A DNA stretch of 32,000 nt from Bacillus subtilis subsp. subtilis str. 168 (GCF_000009045.1 NC_000964.3:3900001-3932000), one strand, 5' to 3'. Counted from the first letter of the stretch, positions 1-7,843 are shown. Notes: generated from the sequence alone by a model not told the origin. Numbers and translations: made by a program.

Positions 1-488
1 ATAAAAATGACGTTTGGCACCATTGAGATCAGAATCGTATGTAGAACAAGCTTTTCTCCGCGTTTTCCAAACTCCTTCACGCCTTGATACCCAATCAGCA
101 CCCAGTAGATCATATATGCAGCTAAGATCAGCCAAACAGAAACAGAAATGCCTTTCCATACTGCTTGAACAAACGGTGATTCAAGCCATACATGCATTAT
201 TGTAATCGCAATGCCGACAGCGAATAGGGCACTGTTACAGAAAAGATGGAACATCAAAAACGCACGAAACGTTACTGGCTGTATTTTCTTAAACGAAGAA
301 ACAATGTCAGTTGGTGTTCCAAACGCCTGCAATAAAGTCTGCATAGCTTCCTCCTCACTCTTTCCTTCCTGAAAAGAGCGAAACAGATGATGTTCAATAT
401 GGCTCTCAATCTCTTCTATCATCGCCTCACCCTCAGGAAGCCCTTTAAGCCCGCTTTTGATTTCGGATACATATGTTTCTTTATCCAT
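1..488 (-). CDS. ywdD: Membrane protein, 5' portion only (3' end lies beyond the left edge); translationally coupled partner of the upstream PadR regulator
   Basis: Missing from the ORF track because it is open to the window edge. The minus-strand ATG at 488-486 overlaps the PadR stop (ATGGATAA, 8-nt overlap). The frame stays open for 162 codons down to position 1 ([39 protein letters not shown]...), followed by hydrophobic segments ([22 protein letters not shown]; [19 protein letters not shown]). The N-terminal helix resembles the DUF1700-type partners of PadR genes. The symbol comes from remembered 168 gene order and is tentative. Confidence 0.7.
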
Positions 489-819
489 TTTGTCCGCTCC
501 ACTTCAGTATTCGGTCCATCATGGCTGAAAATACGCTCCATTCCTTCGTGCGTTCCGCCAGCACTTCTTTGCCCTCGTCTGTAATCCGGTAATATTTGCG
601 GTCCGGTCCTTTCTCCTGCTTCTCCCAGTAGGAAGAAATATACCCTTGGCGTTCAAGCTTGTGAAGAGAAGGATACAAGGTCCCTTCTTTCATCTGCAGT
701 TCATTTCCGCTGCGGCTTCCCATTTCTTTTACAAGCTCATAGCCGTACATCGGCCGCTCGTTCAGAAGCGTCAATACCAATATAACCGTGCTTCCCTTAA
801 CCAGCTCACGATTTAACAT
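481..819 (-). CDS. ywzG: PadR-family transcriptional regulator (112 aa)
   Basis: Complete ORF with a typical PadR winged-helix signature ([10 protein letters not shown]...[21 protein letters not shown]...[11 protein letters not shown]). Its stop overlaps the start of the downstream membrane gene. The symbol is from memory of the 168 annotation. Confidence 0.85.
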
Positions 820-903
820 CTCAAAACCCCTACCTAGTTTTCTTATGTAGCATTTTACGAAAGCCCGTTGAGATTGTCAAATGATTCCTATAGATCTTCT
901 ATA

Positions 904-932
904 TTGTGATACAGAGAAAATCTAACTATAAT
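904..932 (+). promoter_or_regulatory. Candidate sigmaA promoter of pdxK
   Basis: TTGTGA (904-909), 17-nt spacer, TATAAT (927-932). This would give a leader of about 25 nt before the ATG at 963. Confidence 0.55.
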
Positions 933-962
933 GAAAGACAAAACATGATGGAGGTTCAAGAC

Positions 963-1778
963 ATGTCTATGCATAAAGCACTCACCATTGCCGGCTCAGA
1001 TTCCAGCGGCGGTGCTGGGATTCAAGCTGATTTAAAAACATTTCAAGAAAAAAACGTATACGGGATGACCGCCTTAACGGTGATCGTTGCGATGGACCCA
1101 AACAACAGCTGGAACCATCAGGTATTCCCGATCGATACTGATACAATCCGCGCCCAGCTTGCAACAATTACGGACGGCATCGGCGTGGACGCCATGAAAA
1201 CAGGAATGCTGCCAACCGTTGACATTATCGAGCTTGCGGCAAAAACGATCAAAGAAAAACAATTAAAAAATGTGGTAATTGACCCGGTTATGGTTTGCAA
1301 AGGTGCTAATGAAGTCCTTTATCCGGAGCACGCCCAAGCCCTGCGTGAGCAATTGGCTCCGCTAGCCACTGTCATTACGCCAAACTTGTTTGAAGCCAGC
1401 CAGCTCAGCGGCATGGATGAACTAAAAACAGTTGACGATATGATCGAAGCCGCGAAAAAAATTCACGCACTCGGCGCTCAATATGTCGTCATTACAGGCG
1501 GAGGCAAACTCAAACACGAGAAAGCCGTTGATGTTCTCTATGACGGAGAAACAGCGGAAGTCCTTGAAAGCGAAATGATCGATACGCCTTATACACATGG
1601 CGCAGGCTGTACATTCTCAGCAGCCGTGACAGCGGAGCTTGCCAAAGGTGCGGAAGTCAAAGAAGCCATTTACGCAGCGAAAGAATTCATCACAGCGGCC
1701 ATTAAAGAATCCTTCCCGCTAAACCAGTATGTTGGTCCTACGAAGCATTCTGCACTGCGCCTGAATCAACAATCATAA
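963..1778 (+). CDS. pdxK: Pyridoxal/pyridoxine/pyridoxamine (and HMP) kinase, ThiD/PdxK family, 271 aa
   Basis: The track ORF 906..1778 starts at a GTG with no SD. The ATG at 963 is preceded by GGAGG (about 949-953), giving MSMHKALTIAGSDSSGGAGIQADLKTF..., which I recognise as B. subtilis PdxK. Ribokinase-fold motifs are present (GAGCTFSAA). Confidence 0.95.
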   Translation: MSMHKALTIAGSDSSGGAGIQADLKTFQEKNVYGMTALTVIVAMDPNNSWNHQVFPIDTDTIRAQLATITDGIGVDAMKTGMLPTVDIIELAAKTIKEKQLKNVVIDPVMVCKGANEVLYPEHAQALREQLAPLATVITPNLFEASQLSGMDELKTVDDMIEAAKKIHALGAQYVVITGGGKLKHEKAVDVLYDGETAEVLESEMIDTPYTHGAGCTFSAAVTAELAKGAEVKEAIYAAKEFITAAIKESFPLNQYVGPTKHSALRLNQQS

Positions 1779-1782
1779 AAAA

Positions 1783-1815
1783 AGGGGCTGCCTTACAGAG
1801 AGGCAGCCCTTTTTA
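1783..1815 (+). terminator. Intrinsic terminator of pdxK
   Basis: GGGCTGCCT (1785-1793) pairs with AGGCAGCCC (1801-1809) and is followed by TTTTT. Confidence 0.8.
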
Positions 1816-1835
1816 AATCACCGAAGACTTTTCAC

Positions 1836-1864
1836 AGAAAAAACTGCCGATCCCATCGGCAGCC
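1836..1864 (-). terminator. Intrinsic terminator ending the sacP-sacA-ywdA transcript
   Basis: Minus strand: CTGCCGAT-ggg-ATCGGCAG (plus coordinates 1844-1862) followed by TTTTTT (plus-strand A-run 1838-1843), just after the ywdA stop at 1868. Confidence 0.75.
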
Positions 1865-1867
1865 TGT

Positions 1868-2116
1868 TTATTTGATTTTTAAATTGTTTGCAGATTTCCT
1901 CAAAAATGTTTCTATCGACTGAACAAAAAGTGCATATTCCTTCATTTGTTCATATGCCCGCGTGAGAATTTCCGCCGTTTCACTGTGCGGCGTTGTTCCG
2001 CCAAGCATTTTTTTCAGCTGAAGCAGCACATCCTTATATTCTTCTCGCTTATCTTCAACTTGGTTAGCAGCCTTTTCCAAACATTCCGGTGTTATCTTCT
2101 GTTCATGTATATTCAA
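1868..2116 (-). CDS. ywdA: Small protein of unknown function (82 aa), last gene of the sucrose operon
   Basis: The track ORF extends to 2188. The TTG at 2116 has AAGGAG (2131-2126) at good spacing and gives MNIHEQKITPECLEK.... There is no terminator between sacA and this gene. Confidence 0.75.
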   Translation of the reverse strand: MNIHEQKITPECLEKAANQVEDKREEYKDVLLQLKKMLGGTTPHSETAEILTRAYEQMKEYALFVQSIETFLRKSANNLKIK

Positions 2117-2209
2117 GAAAACAACTCCTTTTACAGAAAAAAATAGTAGGTTATCGTTGAAGAATAGCACAGATGGCTCAGATTTCACATAAGAAAATAG
2201 AAGGATTTT

Positions 2210-3649
2210 CTACATAAGTGTCCAAATTCCGACATTCATTTCAGATTTCCCGGTCGCACTGGCTGTTACTTCATGATTTCCCGGGAAAGGAAAATATCTT
2301 GCACTCAAGACCTCTTCTCCGTTATTGATAAAGATTTCCACAGATGACGCGTCGAGAAACATGTGTACGGTATGCAAATCCTTGATGCGGCAATGTCTCG
2401 CTTCTGTTCTTTTTCCGTCAAAGCTCTTTCGTTCCAGCGTAACAATCCCCTCGTCTTTATGGAAGGAAAACGTAGCCGTTCCGCGGATACTGATTGAAAA
2501 GCCAGACTCCGTATGAATGTCTTCCAGTAGAATCTCAGTTCTTTCAGGTTTTTCCACTGGAAGCGCACCAGATGATCCATGCATGTTGATGTGTATTTTT
2601 TTCTCATTTCTGCGCATGGCTTTTAGCTCAGGCAGCGGCTGCTGAATCAGCTTCTGTCCTGAAAGCGTCAGCTGTCTCGGCAGCGTCATGCAGTGAATCC
2701 AGTGGCAGTCAATGGTCGGATGGGACCCTTCATCCTGATCAGGCACCGCCATCCATGCAAATAAAATCCGCCTTCCCTGATCGTCTTCAAGTGTTTGCGG
2801 CGCGTAAAAATCAAAACCTTGATCAAGCTCCGTAAATTCACCATGCTTCAGTTCAGGCTTGTTATAATCGAGGCGGCCGACAAAATAACCTGATTGATAT
2901 ACGTTCTGATAACGGAAACCGTCAGCCTCAAGCCCTTGAGGCGAAACAATCAGCACATCCGATCCTTGAAGGGAAAACAAATCAGGGCATTCCCACATGT
3001 ATCCAAAATCGTCCAGCCCGTTGAAGCCCGCGCCGGTTATCGGGCCAAGAAATCTCCACTCTGTCAGGTTATCAGAAGCAAACAACACAGCCTGCCCTTT
3101 CAAATTCTCTGTTTGCGCACCAATCACCATATACCATGTGCCTTCATGCTCCCATACCTTCGGATCGCGAAAATGCGCCGTATATCCTTCCGGAAGGCGG
3201 GCGACGACACCCTTTTTCTCAAAGGACAGCCCGTCGTCAGAAACAGCAAGGCATTGATACGTTTCCCGATTTCCATCCTGATCCCTGACATTTCCTGTGT
3301 AAAAAAGATAGAGCCGATCGTCTTTCGTGACAGCGCTGCCCGAGTAGCAGCCGTTTTTATCAAACCAATCACTCGGAGCCAGCGCAATCTCTTCCCGCTT
3401 CCAATTCACAACATCCTGTGTCGTATAATGCCCCCAAAATTTTGCGCCGTGCCCCGTCTGAAACGGCTGCCACTGAAAGAATACATGATAGCTGCCCTTC
3501 CAATAAATCACGCCATTCGGGTCATTCAGCAGCCCAACCGGCGGCATGATATGAAAATGCTGGCGGTGCGGATCGCTGTTAGCGATGGGCTCTTTTTTCT
3601 CCACTTCTTCATAAGCCCGGCGACGAAGCTCCTGGTCATGTGCTGTCAT
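2210..3649 (-). CDS. sacA: Sucrose-6-phosphate hydrolase (GH32), 479 aa
   Basis: GH32 motifs are present: LLNDPNG, FRDPKVW and MWECPDLF. Recognised as B. subtilis SacA. Its start overlaps the sacP stop (ATGA). Confidence 0.97.
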   Translation of the reverse strand: MTAHDQELRRRAYEEVEKKEPIANSDPHRQHFHIMPPVGLLNDPNGVIYWKGSYHVFFQWQPFQTGHGAKFWGHYTTQDVVNWKREEIALAPSDWFDKNGCYSGSAVTKDDRLYLFYTGNVRDQDGNRETYQCLAVSDDGLSFEKKGVVARLPEGYTAHFRDPKVWEHEGTWYMVIGAQTENLKGQAVLFASDNLTEWRFLGPITGAGFNGLDDFGYMWECPDLFSLQGSDVLIVSPQGLEADGFRYQNVYQSGYFVGRLDYNKPELKHGEFTELDQGFDFYAPQTLEDDQGRRILFAWMAVPDQDEGSHPTIDCHWIHCMTLPRQLTLSGQKLIQQPLPELKAMRRNEKKIHINMHGSSGALPVEKPERTEILLEDIHTESGFSISIRGTATFSFHKDEGIVTLERKSFDGKRTEARHCRIKDLHTVHMFLDASSVEIFINNGEEVLSARYFPFPGNHEVTASATGKSEMNVGIWTLM

Positions 3650-5031
3650 TTTTTCCTCTCCTCATCCTCATTAATCTTCATGACAAATGCTGCAATGAAC
3701 GCTGACACTGCCGCAATCGCCATGCCAATCAGATAGTGAATCAAGTTGCTGAAGCCAAACGGAGCCGCAATGGCGATCATCGGAATTCCCGTTAACCCGT
3801 AAGCGTTTGCAGCTACATGTGTAAAGACGACATATGCCCCACCCAATGCGCCTCCGATCATCGCGGCGATAAACGGTTTTCGGTAGCGCAGATTGACTCC
3901 GAATATGACGGGCTCAGTAATGCCGAGAAAAGCGGAAAATGCTGCCGGAAGCGCGATTTCTTTTGTCTTTGCCTTTTTCGCCATAAAGAAGACGGCAAGA
4001 CCTGCCCCGCCCTGTGCGACATTCGCCATTGACCAGATCGGCAGCAAGTAGTTTTTGCCTATATCTGCAATTAGCCCTGCCTCAATCGCATGGAAGCTGT
4101 GATGAACGCCTGTCAGCACGATGAGTGAATACGTGCCCCCGAAAATCAGACCTGCGACAAAACCGGCATGGTCATATACATAAGTTAAAGCAACCGTAAT
4201 GCCGGAGCCAAGCGCTCTGCCTAGAGGGCCAATCGCGATAAAAGCAACAAACCCGGTGACAATCACAGTAACAAATGGTGTAACAAGCAAATCCACCGCA
4301 TGTGGAACCACTTTTCTCGTCCATTTCTCTACCTTGCTCATCACATACACCGCAAGCAGGACAGGGATAACAGTTCCCTGGTAGCCGAGAAGAGCGATAT
4401 CAAATCCGAAAAGATGCATGTAATCAGGTGTCGCTTCCGCCAATCCCCATGGATTTAAAAGATTCGGATGAATCATGATTCCCCCGATGACCGCTCCCAA
4501 GTATGGATTGCTGCCAAACTCTTTTGAAGCGCTGACCCCGATTAGAATCGGCAAGAAAATGAATGCTGCACTTGAAAACATATCAAGCAGCTGCAAAAGC
4601 GCAGAATCCTTGCTCATCCAATGAAACGCATTGATCATACCCAGCAATCCCATTAATAGGCCGCTGGCTACAATAGCTGGGATGATTGGAACAAAAATAT
4701 TAGAAAGCGTTTTCGCAAATCTCGCAGCGGGATTCAGCTTTTCTTTTGCCGCATCCTGATGATTGACGTGTTCTTCACGCTCGATATCAGCTTCTTTAGA
4801 AAAGGCATCGAATACTTTATTCACAAGGCCTGTTCCGAAAATGATCTGGTACTGGCCAGAGCTGCTGAAAGCCCCTTTAACGCCATCAAGCTCTTCTACT
4901 TGTGCTTGATCTATCTTTGATTCATCTTTCATCACTAAACGCAGTCTTGTTGCACAATGAGCCGCGCTGATAATATTTTCTTTCCCTCCGAGAAGCTCAA
5001 TGAGGCGTTTTGCAGTCTCTTTGTAATCCAT
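3646..5031 (-). CDS. sacP: PTS sucrose-specific EIIBC component, 461 aa
   Basis: EIIB cysteine motif AAHCATRLRLV, followed by a polytopic EIIC domain. A strong SD (AAAGGGGGAG) lies upstream. Recognised as SacP. Confidence 0.97.
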   Translation of the reverse strand: MDYKETAKRLIELLGGKENIISAAHCATRLRLVMKDESKIDQAQVEELDGVKGAFSSSGQYQIIFGTGLVNKVFDAFSKEADIEREEHVNHQDAAKEKLNPAARFAKTLSNIFVPIIPAIVASGLLMGLLGMINAFHWMSKDSALLQLLDMFSSAAFIFLPILIGVSASKEFGSNPYLGAVIGGIMIHPNLLNPWGLAEATPDYMHLFGFDIALLGYQGTVIPVLLAVYVMSKVEKWTRKVVPHAVDLLVTPFVTVIVTGFVAFIAIGPLGRALGSGITVALTYVYDHAGFVAGLIFGGTYSLIVLTGVHHSFHAIEAGLIADIGKNYLLPIWSMANVAQGGAGLAVFFMAKKAKTKEIALPAAFSAFLGITEPVIFGVNLRYRKPFIAAMIGGALGGAYVVFTHVAANAYGLTGIPMIAIAAPFGFSNLIHYLIGMAIAAVSAFIAAFVMKINEDEERKK

Positions 5032-5049
5032 CTATTTCTCCCCCTTTTA

Positions 5050-5153
5050 TTTAAACAAAAAAGACCTAAAATTCGCCAACGAATAAAGGACACAGCGATC
5101 CTTTTTCATTTACGCAAATTTTAGGTCTTGCCTGCTTTACCAGTCACAATCCC
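5050..5153 (-). promoter_or_regulatory. sacP leader: ribonucleic antiterminator (RAT) overlapping an intrinsic terminator (target of SacT)
   Basis: The minus strand reads GGGATTGTGACTGGTAAAGCAGGCAAGACC (plus coordinates about 5153-5124), matching the BglG/SacY-family RAT pattern. Its 3' end overlaps the 5' arm of a ~15-bp stem, AGACCTAAAATTTGC...GCGAATTTTAGGTCT, followed by TTTTTTG. Confidence 0.85.
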
Positions 5154-5180
5154 GCTTATTCAGATTAAGAATACGCTTTC

Positions 5181-5209
5181 ATCATAAATCATGATAGCGT
5201 TTTCGTCAA
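5181..5209 (-). promoter_or_regulatory. Candidate sigmaA promoter of sacP, with a cre-like element in the spacer
   Basis: Minus strand: TTGACG (5209-5204), 17-nt spacer, TATGAT (5186-5181). The spacer contains CGAAAACGCTATCA (plus 5192-5205), a 13/14 match to the cre consensus TGWAANCGNTNWCA. Confidence 0.6.
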
Positions 5210-5267
5210 CTATTTTTTTAGTTAAATAGTTTGATATAACATGTAGACAAAAATTCGTAAAAATTAA

Positions 5268-5285
5268 TTGTGAAATACTTCACAA
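5268..5285. promoter_or_regulatory. Rex (redox-sensing repressor) operator upstream of ywcJ
   Basis: Perfect palindrome TTGTGAA-atac-TTCACAA, which equals the Rex box consensus TTGTGAA-N4-TTCACAA. It also fits the Crp/Fnr-type pattern TGTGA-N6-TCACA. It sits 9 nt upstream of a TATACT hexamer (5294-5299). Confidence 0.75.
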
Positions 5286-5332
5286 TATCGTGCTATACTA
5301 TGCTCAATCATGAAAGAAAGCAGGAAAAGACA

Positions 5333-6103
5333 ATGGAAACTCAAGCATTACAAAAGGTTGAACAGTATGCTTTGAAAAAACAAAACATATTCGCTTCAAG
5401 CAAAATCCGTTATGTGCTTCGGTCCATTTTGGCCAGTATATTTATTGGTTTTGGCATTACAGCCGCAAGCAAAACAGGCAGCTATTTCTTTATGGCTGAT
5501 TCTCCGTTTGCCTTTCCGGCAGCCGCTGTCACTTTCGGGGCCGCTATTCTGATGATTGCTTACGGAGGCGGAGATTTATTTACCGGCAACACCTTTTATT
5601 TCACCTATACCGCGCTCCGGAAAAAAATCAGCTGGCGCGACACCCTATACTTGTGGATGTCAAGCTATGCCGGCAATTTAATCGGCGCCATTCTGTTTGC
5701 CATCCTGATCAGCGCGACGGGACTTTTTGAGGAGCCTTCTGTTCATTCCTTTTTGATTCATTTGGCAGAGCACAAAATGGAGCCGCCGGCTTCCGAATTG
5801 TTTTTCAGAGGAATGCTGTGCAATTGGCTTGTGTGCCTCGCCTTTTTCATTCCAATGTCTCTCAAAGGGGAAGGAGCAAAGCTTTTTACCATGATGCTTT
5901 TCGTTTTCTGCTTCTTTATTTCCGGCTTTGAACACAGCATTGCCAATATGTGCACATTCGCCATCTCGCTTTTGATCGAGCACCCTGATACAGTGACACT
6001 GATGGGAGCAGTCAGAAACTTAATCCCCGTTACGCTCGGCAATCTGACCGCGGGAATAGTTATGATGGGCTGGATGTACTACACACTGAATCCTGATCAA
6101 TAA
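5333..6103 (+). CDS. ywcJ: Formate/nitrite transporter (FNT) family membrane protein, 256 aa
   Basis: The track ORF starts at a GTG (5270) that lies inside the Rex palindrome. The ATG at 5333 gives METQALQKVEQYALKKQ.... It is polytopic, with FNT-like segments (GGDLFTGN; FEHSIANM). Confidence 0.9.
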   Translation: METQALQKVEQYALKKQNIFASSKIRYVLRSILASIFIGFGITAASKTGSYFFMADSPFAFPAAAVTFGAAILMIAYGGGDLFTGNTFYFTYTALRKKISWRDTLYLWMSSYAGNLIGAILFAILISATGLFEEPSVHSFLIHLAEHKMEPPASELFFRGMLCNWLVCLAFFIPMSLKGEGAKLFTMMLFVFCFFISGFEHSIANMCTFAISLLIEHPDTVTLMGAVRNLIPVTLGNLTAGIVMMGWMYYTLNPDQ

Positions 6104-6134
6104 AAAAACTTCCAGAGATCACTCCCTGCAAGTC
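6102..6134 (-). terminator. Intrinsic terminator of sacT (convergent with ywcJ)
   Basis: Minus strand: ACTTgCAGGGA-gtga-TCTCTGgAAGT followed by TTTTTTT. The pair that is a C/A mismatch on the plus strand becomes a G-U wobble on the minus strand, which favours minus-strand function. Confidence 0.65.
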
Positions 6135-6141
6135 AAAGCGG

Positions 6142-6972
6142 TTATTCCGAGAGATCTTGAAGACGCTGGACATGCAGCGTGATATAGCCGGCCTCGGATT
6201 CCGGCAAATGTAATTGATATTCATTTTTCAAAAACTCCGCCAGCTCCAGCGCACATTGATAGGCGAATGAATACTTTTTTTGGATGAAATAAAGCATCTC
6301 CTCGTCCATACGATGGAGCGCTTCATTTGATTCCAACCGGCTGACCGCGTATCGCAAATGCGTGACAAGGCGTTGATAGGAAATGCTGTTTTCATCCACC
6401 TTTCGATTAAAGTATTGTTTTATTTTCTCTATCATTTCTTTGATCATGGTCGTATGCTTCAGCGCTGAATACATGCTCTCCGCATCCATCTTCGCCGTAT
6501 GGATGTGAAGGGCAATATAACCCGCTTCATCTTCAGGCAGAGACACGCCCAATGTCTCTTTTACATGTCCGATCGCCCACAGGCCGATCTCATATTCTTT
6601 TTTATAGAGCGCCTTTATCTCATGCAGCAATTTATTCTGCACAAGCAGCCCATTTTGAATCCTTTCGATCGCAAAGGACAAATGGTCGGAAAGCGCGATA
6701 TGAATGTGATCGCTCAGCGGCGCCGCGAGCTCTCCTTCCGCATAGCTGATGATATCCTCAGCTATTTCTATATGCTCCTCCGGCAGTGTTTGCAGGATTT
6801 GTTTGAACTTTTCATTCTCGTCGCGCACGACAAAGATCTTTTCCACTTTATTCATAGGGATGAGATCATTTTTCTTTTTTTGAAAAGCGATTCCCGGTCC
6901 CATCACGATTTTTTCCTGATCATCCTCTTTTATTAAAGCCGCATTGTTGTTTAATACTTTATAGATTTTCAA
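6142..6972 (-). CDS. sacT: BglG/SacY-family transcriptional antiterminator (CAT domain plus two PRDs), 276 aa
   Basis: [30 protein letters not shown] (CAT RNA-binding domain), then duplicated PRD regions with conserved histidines (ALHIHTA, TLHVQRL). TTG start preceded by a GGGAGAG SD. Recognised as SacT. Confidence 0.95.
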
Positions 6973-7011
6973 GAGGTTATCTCTCCCGCCAATTTGCTTT
7001 TGACTGGGATT

Positions 7012-7314
7012 TTACCTCCTTTTGACCGCCATGTAAAGATGCGGGCCCGCTCTCTCCTGCTTTGGCGATTCCTTGAAGGCTTGCAAACATCTTCTTTTAT
7101 AAAGCGCGGCGGCTTTCGCTTTCTGCTTTTCTTCCTCATTCACAGCCATCCGCCATTCATAAAACGAAACGAGTCCTGCGGCCTGCACAGCCGCCTTTCT
7201 TTGGTATGTACGCTGAGCCGAATAGACCGCGGCAGCCGCAGTTTTTCTGTCCGGCGTCACCCAGTTCATCAAAAAGACCATCCACACCCGTAAAGATACA
7301 AGCAAACGTTTCAT
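7012..7314 (-). CDS. ywcI: Small basic protein of unknown function (100 aa)
   Basis: The track ORF runs to 7479. The ATG at 7314 has a strong SD (GGAGGG, plus 7324-7329) and gives MKRLLVSLRVWMVFLMNW.... It lies immediately upstream of sacT on the same strand. Confidence 0.7.
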   Translation of the reverse strand: MKRLLVSLRVWMVFLMNWVTPDRKTAAAAVYSAQRTYQRKAAVQAAGLVSFYEWRMAVNEEEKQKAKAAALYKRRCLQAFKESPKQERAGPHLYMAVKRR

Positions 7315-7568
7315 AGAAAAACATCCCTCCGCTTCTTTTTGGCAGGCAGCCTTTTTAGCAGCCCGTTTTCTCAGCCGCAGCCCGCAAGAAAAGACGGCCG
7401 ATTTCTTTTCTCGCAAACTAGCGGCTCTAGCAAAACTCATGACTCTATGATAGACCGTGGAAAGAGAATTCTTTGTCACAATATGAGTGAAAAAACCAAC
7501 TAGTTTTTAGAAGTTTTGTTGAAAGCTGAAAGAATTGAAATGAAAATTGGAGAACCGCTTTGAAAACT

Positions 7569-7737
7569 TTATACACAAGTTATCCCAAAGATAAGAACAA
7601 CTTAATCACAAGAGATATCCACATGTCCACAAACTCTATCTATATTTTGTATACGAACGTATATTCCTAACTATATATATACACAGGTTTATTCACTTAT
7701 ACACAGGGTTCTGTGTATAACTCCTTCGTTATACACA
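7569..7737. promoter_or_regulatory. DnaA-box cluster in the ywcI-vpr intergenic region
   Basis: 9-mers compared with TTATCCACA. One mismatch: 7569-7577 TTATACACA, 7615-7623 ATATCCACA, 7697-7705 TTATACACA, 7712-7720 TGTGTATAA (inverted) and 7729-7737 TTATACACA. Two mismatches: 7580-7588, 7602-7610, 7623-7631 and 7677-7685. The boxes at 7697-7720 form a perfect 10-bp inverted repeat, TTATACACAG-ggtt-CTGTGTATAA. Confidence 0.75.
7654..7667. promoter_or_regulatory. LexA (Cheo) box-like half-match
   Basis: CGAACGTATATTCC against the consensus CGAAC-N4-GTTCG: the left half is perfect and the right half matches 3/5. Confidence 0.3.
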
Positions 7738-7781
7738 AACAAAATCCAATAAATGGTCCAAATGACACAAGGATTTTTTTG

Positions 7782-7796
7782 AATTTTCAAGAAATA
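7782..7796. promoter_or_regulatory. CodY-box-like motif upstream of vpr
   Basis: AATTTTCAAGAAATA against AATTTTCWGAAAATT (12/15), about 50 nt upstream of the vpr start. Confidence 0.35.
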
Positions 7797-7843
7797 TATA
7801 CTAGATCTTTCACATTTTTTCTAAATACAAAGGGGGAAACACA

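Noticed and set aside
14-584. Plus-strand ORFs 14-205 and 387-584 at the left edge
   Set aside because: They are antisense to the open minus-strand frame (1-488), which is coupled to the PadR gene and encodes a coherent membrane protein.
2894-3736. 280-aa plus-strand ORF (and nested 86-87 aa ORFs) across the sacA/sacP junction
   Set aside because: It lies entirely antisense to two well-supported genes with clear family motifs. It has no SD and an odd, Arg/Ile/Lys-rich low-complexity translation. This is a typical shadow ORF.
6499-6936. 145-aa plus-strand ORF antisense to sacT; 8944-9387 and 9761-10117 minus-strand ORFs antisense to vpr; 12906-13361 antisense to rodA; 25280-25642 antisense to ywcA
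   Set aside because: All are nested inside strongly supported genes on the other strand. None has a ribosome-binding site or a recognisable motif.
7315-7479. 55-codon N-terminal extension of ywcI (the 155-aa track ORF). Similar upstream extensions occur at pdxK (906), ywcJ (5270), ywcH (11312), nfrA (12256), qoxD (14749), qoxA (18297), galK (21816), ywcD (22454), slrA (23232), efeU (30583) and thiE (31405).
   Set aside because: In each case an internal start codon has a properly spaced SD. The extension either lacks an SD, overlaps the upstream gene, or runs through an operator or promoter.
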